From Bigelowiella natans CCMP2755 (Eukaryota > Protista > Cercozoa), in NCBI GenBank assembly GCA_000320545.1, contig ADNK01002379.1:77202-141201 (forward strand): DNA of 64,000 nt, read 5' to 3'. A model generated the notes under the pieces. It made no database searches. It saw nothing but the letters and a program-made list of their open reading frames with translations, and was not told the DNA's origin. Every line of letters begins with the position of its first letter. The first letter of the stretch is position 1. Shown in pieces: positions 14,855-27,571 of this stretch. The position numbers and the translations under genes were made by a program.

Positions 14855-15999
14855 GTCGTCGTCATCGTCATCATCATCCGTACTATGGGATTGGTCAATA
14901 CTACTGCTGCTACAACTACTACTACTTCTCTCACTTACTTGCACGTCTCTCCCTGCAATGTCTTTAACCTCACGGTTCTCTTGGGTGATGAGGAGGCGGA
15001 GTCGGTAGACAAAGACGCGCCCTCATTCTTGGACGATTCATTGCCAGGAATAAGCGATGATTGGTTGGAAGAAGAAGCTCCTGATGTCGTCACTGCTGTC
15101 TCTGAGGCTAATACTGTTTTATGCGTGCTTCTCTCTCCCCCTTCTCCTTCTCCCCCGACTCCCTTCTCTCTCTCCTTAACAGCAGCATCGATTTGGATAT
15201 CGCTTTGGAGGTTGTCTTTGCAATCTTTTAGAGCTTTCTGCCCCCGTGTTTCTTCTCTCACGGCTGCTGCTGCTGTTGGTGCCGTTTCCTCAAAATTGAC
15301 TCCAGTAGCCCCTTTCGTAACCTCGTCCTTATTCTTCACATTACCGACACTGTCCTCCTCCTCCTCCTCCTCCTCCTTATTTAGTCCCTTTTCTTCTTCC
15401 TCTTCTTCTTTTTCTTCTTCTTCTTCCAGCTCATGAGTAGCATTGCGGTAGTCTATTTGTTGTTATTTCCGGTATTTAAAGACACAAACACACACACACA
15501 CACGCACACACACACACACACACAACTCACTACCCCTCTGCCCCTTCTCATACTTGCTATCACCCGCTCTTGAACATATACATACGCATATACACACATA
15601 CACACACATAAGCACATAACAGCTCATAAGAGAACAAATGACACAGTCCCCACCCCTCTTTACACAAAAATAATCGCCTCGTTTGACCTCTACCACTTCT
15701 ACTACGCACATGCGCCACTTGCTTATCATCCATGCCCATCAACTCACCAGCATGTTCTTCGCAGTAGGAAAGGAGTCGTGATAAGAAAGGATCCGAGCTC
15801 ACGGTAGTCGAATCCTACCAATAATAGCCAAAACACAACACAAACAAGTGGGAACCAAGGTGAGACTCACCCACATACTCCTGCCGACTTATAATAATTT
15901 TTCCAATTTTTAAAAACAAAAGGTGCAATACCAACACACAAAAACACAAATACACACACATATATACACATGCGCGCGCGCGCGCGCACACGCACATCC

Positions 16000-16041
<42 letters not shown>

Positions 16042-16179
16042 TGTGTGTGTGTGTGTGTGTGTGTGTTGGTAAGTCGTGTAGCAAACTTAGAACCCACCGC
16101 AATGATGGCGACGTGTCGTTTGGCCCTCGTAATAGCGACATTTGTGCGCCGATTCTCGCTAAGGAAGCCAACCTTGATA

Positions 16180-16226
<47 letters not shown>

Positions 16227-16402
16227 TGGGGGCGGAAAAGGGTGAGCTCACATGGATGTAGCTATGGCACTAAGATAGTGTTAAAATATGCATCCTGTAA
16301 CGACCTTTCGATCTACGTTGCTTCTAACCATAGAGAGTACTATGCACTCCTTTTCTCTTCCTGAGCGGCATATATTCAAACACGAATATATACATATTAT
16401 AT

Positions 16403-16446
<44 letters not shown>

Positions 16447-16675
16447 TATAGATTACATGTATTATATGATACCAACATTTTTATTTACCCATTGACTTTT
16501 TAAAAAAACCGAACATGCGCCAAATTCACACATATACGAGGCATGACGACCTTGAAATCCGTCAACAGTTCCGACCTCGAGATCTCTGAGAGACTCTCCG
16601 AGCATCTCCCGGAGCAGCGTCACCTTGACGAAAAATCATTTTTTACGGTAAAAGAAACATCTGCTCAATGGGCAC

Positions 16676-16719
<44 letters not shown>

Positions 16720-17038
16720 ACACATGCATACACTATCGATGGCGGGCTGTGTGAGCAACTAATTGTTCTGTTAAAGCGCCTCATCAAATTCACCACGGAA
16801 GATCGCAGCAAGTAGAGACACTTGATCTAAGAGAAAGACTCCTCCGACCTGTGCGTTGTATGGCGTGATGATGCCGATTTCGTGGGACCGCAGCCCTGCA
16901 TCGAGCAGTTTCGTTGCATATCGCTACATAGATATTTATTATATCAAATTTCGATCACGATTGGAACAAGACAACGGCAGATATTATCTGCACACGTGCA
17001 GGTTCATAACCATCAAGATAGGCGTGGATTGCGGTCTT

Positions 17039-17071
<33 letters not shown>

Positions 17072-17389
17072 ATCATTATCATTATTATCATCATTATCAC
17101 TATTATTCGTAGCAGTGCTTGAGACGCACGCACCTTCACCAGCTCGGCCTCGTCCCGATTTGATCTGCGCGGAAGGATGCCATAACAGATGGTTGAACGA
17201 CATCGTCAGCACTCAAATGGGTGATAATAAACTTCAAATTGCATGTAAAGGGCGCAGTCTTTCTAGCAAGCAGGGAGGCTTTTGTTGATAATTGGAAGTA
17301 TGAATTAACAACACGGCGATAAAAGGACCTTGATTCTCCCTCTTCAGTGGAATCCTGTGGGCAAACCGACACAAAGATAAACACACACA

Positions 17390-17420
<31 letters not shown>

Positions 17421-18002
17421 CCACACGCGCACACGCGCTGAGAAAGCTTTTGAGCGCTAAAATGTGAGATGAGCGGATTATCGTTCCAACTACATGATGC
17501 GGGTTTTCCAACTGCGTGCGTGCATCTGTGTGTGCGTGTATGTGTTTTGTATTCAAGTGATTCCGACCTCCTCAAAACCGCATCCAGCAGTATCGATGAG
17601 CACCATGGCCTCCCTAGTCCGGTTGATATGAGAGAAGGGGGGGGGGGGGGGGGGAAGGGAGGGGAAGATTTTACTGTCTTACGATGAACGTTGCTCACCA
17701 TTTCCTTACACAGTAAACAAGGTTTGGAATAGGCCAGTAAGAAGGCAGGGAAACTCACCTTGTTTCCTCCGTAGATCTTACCTGCGGCAAATCTGCAAGC
17801 AGCCGGGATTTGACGCTCTCAGCCGCGACTAATCGGCCGTCATAAAGCTCCTCACTGGAATAATACACATACACCACCCAGGACTTACGCTTGGGAAATT
17901 CAAAACCAATGTATCATCACCATAACCAACGGCATCAGCATCCTCAGTAGCAACCGTAGTAGTATTAATACAGTAAATAAAGTAGGTGTGTGTGTGTGTA
18001 TA

Positions 18003-18039
<37 letters not shown>

Positions 18040-18537
18040 TTAATATTGCAAGAGAAAGTTGTTACACCTTGACCACCGACAGATAGTCTCATTCATACGA
18101 TATTGCATCGTTAGCATGTGTGCTGCTGGAGATTTCGCCTCCTGTAGTTGTTCGTACAAAGCAGTGTGTTCTCGATTCTCCTTCCCCCCCCCCTCTCCCC
18201 TCCATTTCTCTCTTGTTGTCCTCCTCCTCCTCTTCCTAGTGAGAGAGTGCAGCCAGAACGCACATGCGCGTTCCACAGTCAAAAGAAAATGGTGAAATCT
18301 TGATATATCCACCAGCAACCACCTCGAATTTCCCCATTAGCTTCTCGAAGAGAGTGTGGCCAAGTCCTCGTTTCAATGCCTCGTCAGAGGAGACGACCTA
18401 TGGGAAGGGGAGGGGAAGGAAGGTAGAGGAAGAAGAAAAACGAAGAGTATGAGAAGCAAACAGCAGGCTAACGAGAATACGATTGATCTTATGTTTGTAT
18501 GTGTATATGGATAGGTGTGTGCGTGCGTTGTTCCCCG

Positions 18538-18580
<43 letters not shown>

Positions 18581-18693
18581 TTTATGTATATAATCAAGTT
18601 GATCATAATTTTGTTGTTCTTGCACTGACCGGAGGAAGCTGCTTATGGTCTCCAGCTAGAATCACATTCCCTCCCTAAGTTAACATGAGCACA

Positions 18694-18751
<58 letters not shown>

Positions 18752-18983
18752 AACACATACTGCACGTGTGTGCATGTGTGTTGAAAATAAGAGCTGAATA
18801 AGAAAAGATATGCTTAAATGTGCGCAATTCAATGTGTGGACAATTGCATGTGCATGGGCCATCCTATTCACGTGCTGTTTATCTGCTGCTCATCATGTTC
18901 AAATCAAATGGAACCTAGCTTCCAACATCGTCAATCTTAGCTATTGCTGTACACTAACCACACACACACACACACACGTATTT

Positions 18984-19023
<40 letters not shown>

Positions 19024-19635
19024 GCACCTTTAACATTGGAATCCAAGTCGAAGGTTCCAAAGACCTTGCGTATCACACGCATTTGTCCATTATATGATGA
19101 TGATGAGGAGGAGGGGGAGGATGAGGAGGAGTCATGGGAGGGGAGGGCGCAGGAGGTAGGAGGAACTTACTGTGCTGCTTCATCAACAACGATGAGATCA
19201 AATCTGATGAGGCGAGGGAGGAGGGTGAGAAGCCAAGAAAACAAGCCAGAAACATTGGGAAAGCAATGCAGATGCCGTACCCCGGTCACTACTACACATG
19301 CGCATATTCTCATCCAAACAACGCGACGAAGGGATGCAAACCAGCAGGGTGGTCCAAAGACTACAATCGAGAGAGAAGTAGCACTACAACAAGCTCAGTC
19401 GAGGCCACCTTTTATTCCGCAGCTCTCTCCCAGCCGCACCTAGTATCAAAGGCACCACCCGTGTGTTATCACCTTCGCATGGCCGCGTGTTGCGTACGCT
19501 TGCGAAGTGCGAATACCATTCATTCACATCCATGCATATCGAAGTGCAGGATGCTGATTTGATTCAAAGACAGCACCTGCGTTGGTGGAGAGTACGACAT
19601 CTGCGCCGTCGATGGACCTATGATACACACGGCAT

Positions 19636-19687
<52 letters not shown>

Positions 19688-19766
19688 ATAAATTTACAAT
19701 AAGCACATTTAAAGTAACTAAGAGAGACCTTTAGGTAATGAATATATTGTACTGCGAGTGAATGTA

Positions 19767-19803
<37 letters not shown>

Positions 19804-20140
19804 ATAATATCACATACAATCCAGCGGCCTTCCGCTCATGGTTTCGAATGTCTTTTCTGGTATAGTAGCAAATACACATAACTTACACACACACACACAG
19901 AGACTTCGCTTTTATTTTATTGCACTTCCCCTTTTCATCTCACCCTCCCCCCCCTCCGTCCGCCTAGTACTACTACTACTACTACTACTACGACTACTAT
20001 TGTTAATGGCCCTATTACCGCAAGGCCTTGGCCTCGAGCCAGAGCTCTCGCTTTTCATTGCGAGCAGCAGCCTTGATTAGTGTTGTTTGTTTCCACCATC
20101 AGGCATTTGGTGATGATGACGACGATGACGACGACGATGG

Positions 20141-20173
<33 letters not shown>

Positions 20174-20400
20174 GGCTGATAACAGTAAATCTGCAGCCCT
20201 TCGCAGCCCTCCCCGCCCCGCGTGTCTTTCTCCCCTCCCTTTTTACGCGTGAAGATTCTTGACTACGAAAAAGGCACGGGTTGTATCCGTTGGTACCACC
20301 TTCTCCTCGGATGTCGTAGCTCTTCGCTTGCTCAAGTTTTGTGAGTTTAACCTTGCTATGCGCTTGAACGTTTTGTCGAGGTCCTGTGGGGCCAGTCGGG

Positions 20401-20434
<34 letters not shown>

Positions 20435-21030
20435 AGATGGGGACGAAGGTGATGATGATTGGTGATGATGAGGATGGTGGCGGTGGTGGTGGTGAAGGCA
20501 AACTAGCGGTGACGATGTCATTATAGGAATTCAAGTGAGGAGGAAGTGGGGCATGTATGCTAATGATTCTGCTGGATAAGATCCCATATAATGCTAGGTG
20601 TAAAAATAATGGATTGAATTGCCAACACATATCAGCAGCACCTCTCTCAGCGCCCTGGCCACAGAGGCACCTTTATATTGTTGTTATGGTGTGCATAGAT
20701 ATTCAGATCTCTCTCCCCTACACCGAGCCGAGAGAATAGGGGAGGAGTGGGTTGATGCTTTTGTTGGGTTGTGAGAGAGCTCGGTGCTCGCAAGTGCGAA
20801 TGGCGCTGACACGCTGTGTGTGCGAGCGTGTATGGTATGTGGGTTTTTGTGTGTTGTGTGTTGTGTGTTGTGTGTTGTGTGTTGTGTGTTGTGTGTTGTG
20901 TGTGTGTGTGTGTGTGTATGCTTTATGTGAATTTGTGTGTGTTTTTGTTTGTGTGTGTGTGTGTGTGTGTGTGGTATGTTGTGAGTTATGTACTATCTGA
21001 ATCCCGAACGACGGAATCTAGCGAATGCCT

Positions 21031-21072
<42 letters not shown>

Positions 21073-21564
21073 ATATATTTATATATATATATATATATAT
21101 ATATACATTTATCTATTTCCAACCCCCTCCACGTTTTGGTGAAAAAGATATCTTTGAACACCGATGATTCGAAACATATTGCTCCCATGTATGCTAGCGT
21201 CCCCCCCTTGTATGTATTCATTGCCACGTTAATGCCATCAATGCTACTTTGCTTTGACTGAGGGAGTCACTGATTGATGAAAATGCTTAAGATAGCGTCT
21301 CCCCCCCCCCCCCAATTCTTCATCTCAACCTTCTTTTACCTTACAATACTAGGAAGCATTCTTGCGGGGTGTCCTATATACATATTATCGTACGTTTGAA
21401 AACCATTGATGATCACGCATATATTTTGTCTAAAAGATACTATTTGCGTATTGGTGCTGATTTCCCGGCTCTGCGCTCAAACTGTGTATACGCGAATGAA
21501 TACAGTCGGTGCGGCATAGATGCTGTCGGATCACTGTGCCATTGGAGAACCATGTGTAGTAGTG

Positions 21565-21597
<33 letters not shown>

Positions 21598-22563
21598 ATA
21601 GTAGTACCCACGCGGACGACTTTGATATGGCGTCCTAGCCTCTCGCATAGGTTGTCCACCTGCAATGAAAGAGAGTCTCGCATAAATAATGTATAATATC
21701 ATATACAAAATACTTCGTTTCCTCAGCTGTCCACCCCCCCCACCCCCCCCACCCCCAAGTTCTCTCCTCGAAGCTCAATTACCGCTATATTAGACGAGGC
21801 GCATGCCAGCACCCTTTTACCGTGCGCGACAGCCTATAAATCATACATCAGTGAGGGTACCAGATATTACGCACCATCCAAGGCAAACCGCGCAAAACAC
21901 GCTATTGTCAAACAGGAAGAGATAACTGAAACCCAAGAAAATAAGTCTCTTGGTTTCTGGCTGGGCAAAAAGGAGGGAGGGGGGGGTTGGGAGGGGGAAG
22001 CGATTGGAGGCACAGAAAAAGACATATAAGACTGTGGAGGCGTCTAAGAAGGGATACGCTACATATGATAAAGACGACCTGATGAATGCACTCTACCACT
22101 GTAGTCGTTTTCCCCGTCCCTGGAGGGCCATGGATAAGCAGCAGACTCTCCTGATGAGATAGACGACGCAATAACGTTAGCCCATATAAGCGTGCACTCT
22201 CTTCAAAGGGCACATGGAGTGAGCAGAGGGGCCTCATCCGTTCCAGCCGCGAGCAAACGTACACGCGCATATCAGTGTGTTTAGCTCGGAAAACCCACCG
22301 CTCGCAGACTGAGATTGACCGCTTGCTTCTGCTGGTCATTCAAGCCCGTGTTAACGAATTGGATCTTCGGAGCCTTCGCTTCCTGCGGAGAACGGCCGCC
22401 GGCTGCTGAGTGCTGGCGGCGCGGGGGGGGGGGCAGATCTTGGGAGAATACGGGCAGCTTTCCAGGCACAAAGCGGATGTCAACGATGCGACGTGTGAGC
22501 TCCGATATTTCTGTTTTGTACATTTCGGAATGTGCTTACGGCATTCAGAGTGCACAGGTTGGT

Positions 22564-22616
<53 letters not shown>

Positions 22617-23140
22617 ATTCGTTATATCACGTATTCTATTAGTTTATCTAAGAAATGTGCAGAAGGCGCTCTTCTTCCCTGGCCGCCGGCCCTCTCCTCA
22701 CCTCTGTCACTAGACGCTGATGATGACACCCGGGAGAGGTCTTTAAGAGCTTTACTGTTTTGATATGGATGGGGAGCGTAAATGTACCATGCGAAGGTAT
22801 TTATTCTACTGCCACTCTGCATTCTCACATGATTAACTTTTTGACGAATAACCTCCTAATTACATGAAACCAACCCCCCCCTACCCTCCCCCCGCTCAAA
22901 AAAATCTCTCCATTCCTCTTTCTTATCGTACGTCAATCTTCCATATGTGACATCATTAGAGAGCTTGACGAGCGACACGGAACGACCAACCAAATCCTTC
23001 AAGAAAGGGGGGGGGAGATAGATTGGATGATGCTTTCAAATTAATAGCAGGAGCATGCGTGAGAAACAAGCTGCTTTGTGCGTTGAATTTTGAAGGTGCG
23101 TCTTGTTTGTGTGGGAGAAAGAGAAAAAGAGAGAGGGGTG

Positions 23141-23177
<37 letters not shown>

Positions 23178-23229
23178 GAATATCCTCTCTCAGATAGGTT
23201 TGTCAGGTATGAATTTCACCCTCCTCCTT

Positions 23230-23273
<44 letters not shown>

Positions 23274-23958
23274 GCCACCTGTAACATGCCGTGCGCCTCC
23301 CCGTCAAAAGCGACCACGAGCTCCGTCTGGCTTCGTCTGTAGATTATTCCTCGGTTCTCGTCCGAAGACGAAGAAGCGGCGTCGTTTCCATTGCTGCTAC
23401 CTCTACTCTTCAGAGAACCACCTCTGCCGCCGCTGCTTCCATTGCCTCCGCCTCCTAAGCCATCGGAAGTGCTGTCGAGTAGCCGAACTCCCCGGTTGGT
23501 AACCTTGCAAAGCTGCACCAAATCTCGGTTGCGGAAGGAGGTGCTGGGCAGGAGCTTTCCTTCTTGCATGGGCGTGACGGACAGCATGCACCGTCCATAC
23601 AAACCCGTGTGGATTCCCGAAGCACGCAGCTTCGTGAGGCAAACACCCTTCGCCTCAAGTTCTTGCACTGTTTTAAGCTGCCTGTGCGACTGAGGGGAGG
23701 GGGGGGGGGTAAACAGCAGCTCAGTTAGGGGGGAAAAGGTCAGAATGGATACAGTCGTTTGGCATTTAAAAAAAGTGTAAACCGCCAGCGAAAGAAGGCA
23801 TCATCGGTAGAAGAAGAACCTCAGCAAGTCGTATCTCCTCCTGCCTCTCGAGCTCCAGCAGCTTCTGAGCCTGAGAGAACAAGCTGGTGTCAGCATGGCT
23901 AGTACGCATTGCACGAGTTCCTGTTGTTGAGGCAAACCTTTGCTACGTATTTCTCCAT
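11356..23958 (-). CDS. IGHMBP2: IGHMBP2/SMUBP-2-like Upf1-family SF1 helicase with UBL, R3H, AN1 zinc finger and RGG tail (many exons)
   Basis: N-terminus MEKYVAKAQKLLELERQEE. Helicase motifs: HGPPGTGKT, VLACASSNIA, VVDEAAQ, LAGDHKQLPP, LTMQYRMN, IDTAG, IGIITPYNAQV, GTVDGFQG, RRTNVAITRAKR. R3H: DRKRVHDAIER...HRSEGVPPRRRLVI. AN1: CGTPQC...CRHCKRRYCSQHLNPALHGC. Ends RGGGRRGARGRGRGRGGRR*. Confidence 0.92.
12417..12480. repeat. 14-bp tandem repeat (GCGACAAATAACAA) x about 4.5
   Basis: Seen directly. Lies in a helicase intron just upstream of the first AN1 exon acceptor. Confidence 0.9.
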
Positions 23959-24443
23959 CTTGGTCGCCGTTCCTATTCCGACGTGGTTTGTTTTTAACTG
24001 CTCTGCTCAGCTCGACGAGCCGGCGGCTGCTAGTTTCAATTCGGAACGTGGGGAGGACAAGAAAGCTTTTTCTGTCGGGAGTACGAGTAGTGTCCTTTTA
24101 CAGGCCGTTATCATATCTGCGACAAACAAAAAAGAATGGGCACGTTTATGGGTGCTGTTTCATGGCTGCGACATGATCTCAAACCCATTTGACCTAGTGA
24201 CTCAATCATTGGCGCATGTGAGTCGTCTGGCCTTCGTTTTTTCCTTGCGACATCAAAAAATAAAAAATTACTGGAGAATCAGAGGAGATTTCTTTCTTCC
24301 CATTTGAGCCGCATTTGAGTTGTGTCTGACATCGTGTCTGATACATCTTCCGATGTTTCAACCGCGAAGAATGCACTGTCCATACGGTGTGCTACCAAAA
24401 TTGTGAGCAAGGGCACAACAGGCGAAGGCAGTAAGAGCTAGTC
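23959..24443. promoter_or_regulatory. Putative bidirectional promoter between the divergent helicase and VIT/DUF2135 genes
   Basis: Only about 485 bp separate the head-to-head predicted start codons. No specific motif identified. Confidence 0.45.
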
Positions 24444-24815
24444 ATGTCAGCAGATGTAATTGGAAAATCCGGTGGCTTGCTGGTGACGTTCTCGGACCGC
24501 AAAACACCGCTTAGGATGACAAAAGCCTCAATCAAAGTGTTTGTGAACGGAATGCACATCGAGGTAGCAAATAGTTGCTGAAGGAGGGGGAGTGGGTTGA
24601 CGATTGTTTTATCGAGAATGTTGATAAGTAATATTTGCATGTTCGACGCTTCCCAAAGGTTCGCCAACGCTTGACGTTCTTCAATCCACACAATAAAGCT
24701 CTCGAGGGAGAGCTTGTGCTGCCCCTTCCAGAACGAGCCACCATTTGCCGCTTCGGTGCGTGCGTGTGTGTGCACATAGTACATTTGCCTTTTCGTCACA
24801 GTAATGTTGGTCCAA

Positions 24816-24866
<51 letters not shown>

Positions 24867-24868
24867 TC

Positions 24869-24922
<54 letters not shown>

Positions 24923-27524
24923 CAACCCTTGCCCCCCTTCATTAGGCAAGATAGACCCGGAAACCAATAAGACAAACTGGGCGACTGTCGTCACAAAGGA
25001 AAAGGCTCGAGTCGTATTTGAGACAGAGGTGCGGACCGGCAAGAAGGCGGCCATGGTGGAGAAGATAGAATCTGCTGGGAACCTCTATAAGACACGTATT
25101 TACCCCATCCCCCCCCAATGTGAGCTCACAGTGGAACTCTGGCACTTCGACTCCCTCGACTACGGGCAAGTGGCATCCTCCTCCATCAGTAGTTCCAAAG
25201 CGGAAGACAACGGATATTGCTCATTATCGAGGAGAAGGAGGCCTAATGGCACCGCCGTCGCCGCTGCTGCTACTGCTGCTACTGCTGCTGCTACTACTAC
25301 TACTACTACCACTACCACTATGGCATCATGGTTTAACCTCCCTGACTCACTCGTCGGCCACATAGCTTGCTTTCTCGGACCTAAGAGTATCTCCCGCTTA
25401 TCTTGCGTGAACAAGCGTGTGCTGAAGGTAATGAGCCCGGCACTTATCAGGCTCCCGCTCTATTGTGCTGGGCTCGCGCAATCGGTGGAAGTGACCGTCA
25501 TTGCGGGATCGGTGGGGGGGATCGGGGACGAAGAGATCTATGCCTTGAAAGCGGGGTCTGCTTCGACGTCGTGTCTTCCGCTCATTAGGTCAGATGATGC
25601 GAAGAAACAGCTGTTCTGCTCAGTCAAAAAGCCGGGCGCGGCCGCATGTATCGGCGTGGCCGTCCCGTTTTTAGTGGGAAACCAAGCATTAGTCAATGTG
25701 CAGCGCCTCGAACAAAGTGACAGCGACGATGACAGCGAAGCAGTAGCAGCAGTTGCAAAAGCAGCAACCGAGGGAAAAGTGGCGCCGGAGACAATGACGG
25801 CTGCCGTGAATGGAAACAAGAGAGGGCACAACAGAGAACTGGAAATGGTGGTGGATGATAATGACGAGGATCAAAAAAAGGGATTGGGGCGAGGAGAAGA
25901 AGAAGAAGAAGAAGATGATGATGATGATGATGAGCGAGAGGAAGAAGAGACCTACTTCTCCATCCTGGACCGCCCCCTTTCCGTACACTACGCTCCGGAA
26001 AGAAGCAGCAGCAGCAATAGCAGCATCGGGATTATCTGGGACACGTCTTTAAGCCGCGACATAGATTCTGAGTCAGAAAAGGCGCTTCTGCTCGAACGCA
26101 GGGTCCTCGAAGCATTTCTCCTTAAAAACACTAGTAGCAGCACCAAAATGTCGCTCTACTCGTTCTCAACGGCCGTCACGCCTTGCGAGGGCGTGCAGGG
26201 CGTCGATACGAAGACTCTACTTCAGGCCGTGGATGCACTTAGGTATAGAGGAGCAACGAAAATGGAGGCGCTGGCCACGGTGCTGATGAACGAAGAGACC
26301 AATGGCGATTGCGACGGCAGGGCCGAGATGTCTGCTACCACTACTACCACCACCACAACGACGATGGCTACTGACCACGACTTTTGGGTGATATTTACGG
26401 ACGGCGTGGACACGCTCGAACTGCTGCCCGACGCTATGGCGCCAACGGCTACAGCAGATCCAACGCCTGCAAAGCCCTGCTACATCCTCACCGCCTCGAG
26501 CACGGCCGACCGCGCCTACCTTCGCGCTCTAGCGCTCCGCTCAGGTGGGCGGTTCTTTGATCTCCTGAAGGCAAGGGAGGTGGCAAGGGCCCCGCAACTG
26601 ATAGGCCAGGCTTGGTTTGGCTTCCTCGGTGCAGCGTACGACGCGCGGCAAATCTCGAGCCTACACCCCAGCGGTGCACGGCCTATGGCCCTTAACGAGA
26701 GGCTCGCCGTAACTGGCAAGCTTGCCAGTGGCACCAAGGCGACCAGCGTTGTCCTTCATTACGGGGTATACGGATTAGAACCAGTTCTAAGCCGCAGGAT
26801 CACCATAGTTGCATCCTCTCCCTCCTCAGAAAGGAGAAGAAGAGGAGGGGCGAGGGGGGGGAGAGGCACTAATGTGGCAAGAGCCTGGGCTGCAGATGAG
26901 GTGCGGCGCATCGAGGGGGGAGGGGCGCTACCGGAGCGATACGCGAAGATGGGCGTGGAGAAGGGGAAAAAGAGGATCTTCATCGACCTCGGCCGCAAGT
27001 TTAAAATCGTGACCCCAGGGACTTCAATGATTATGCTAGAGAAGCTCTCACAATTCATACAACATGATGTCACACCTCCCACATCCTCGGCATTCTACAA
27101 GGAGTTCATACAGAAGCAGAGGGCGGGGACTGAGGCTGAGGAGGCACAGGTACACTTTCTCATGGGATGACCCCTGTCGTTGTTGCTGCCTTTTTCAAAT
27201 TTTCGCAGCTCTGTCCTCCATCTTCCGTCGACAACTCTCCATATAAGTTATAGTAGACCTCATCACTTGGCAGTATTAGGGGGGTGCGTGGGATGACTGA
27301 ATGATGACAACTACGAAGCATGATAAAGATGATGTGATGACGGCGATGATGGTGGTGGCGGTGATGATGATGATTCATCGTAACAAGGAGGATCAGGATG
27401 GCCTCACATGTTTTGTGTTGTTTTCTCGTTTCTATACCTCTAAGGTCAACGATGATGATTACTATACCAATATCAATTGCTGATATGATACTTTCCCCTC
27501 TCTTTCTTTCTTGGTTTCCTTCTG

Positions 27525-27571
<47 letters not shown>

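Noticed and set aside
12134-23500. Numerous ORFs with poly-CV, YI, HT, LS or ER runs
   Set aside because: Translations of intronic microsatellites.
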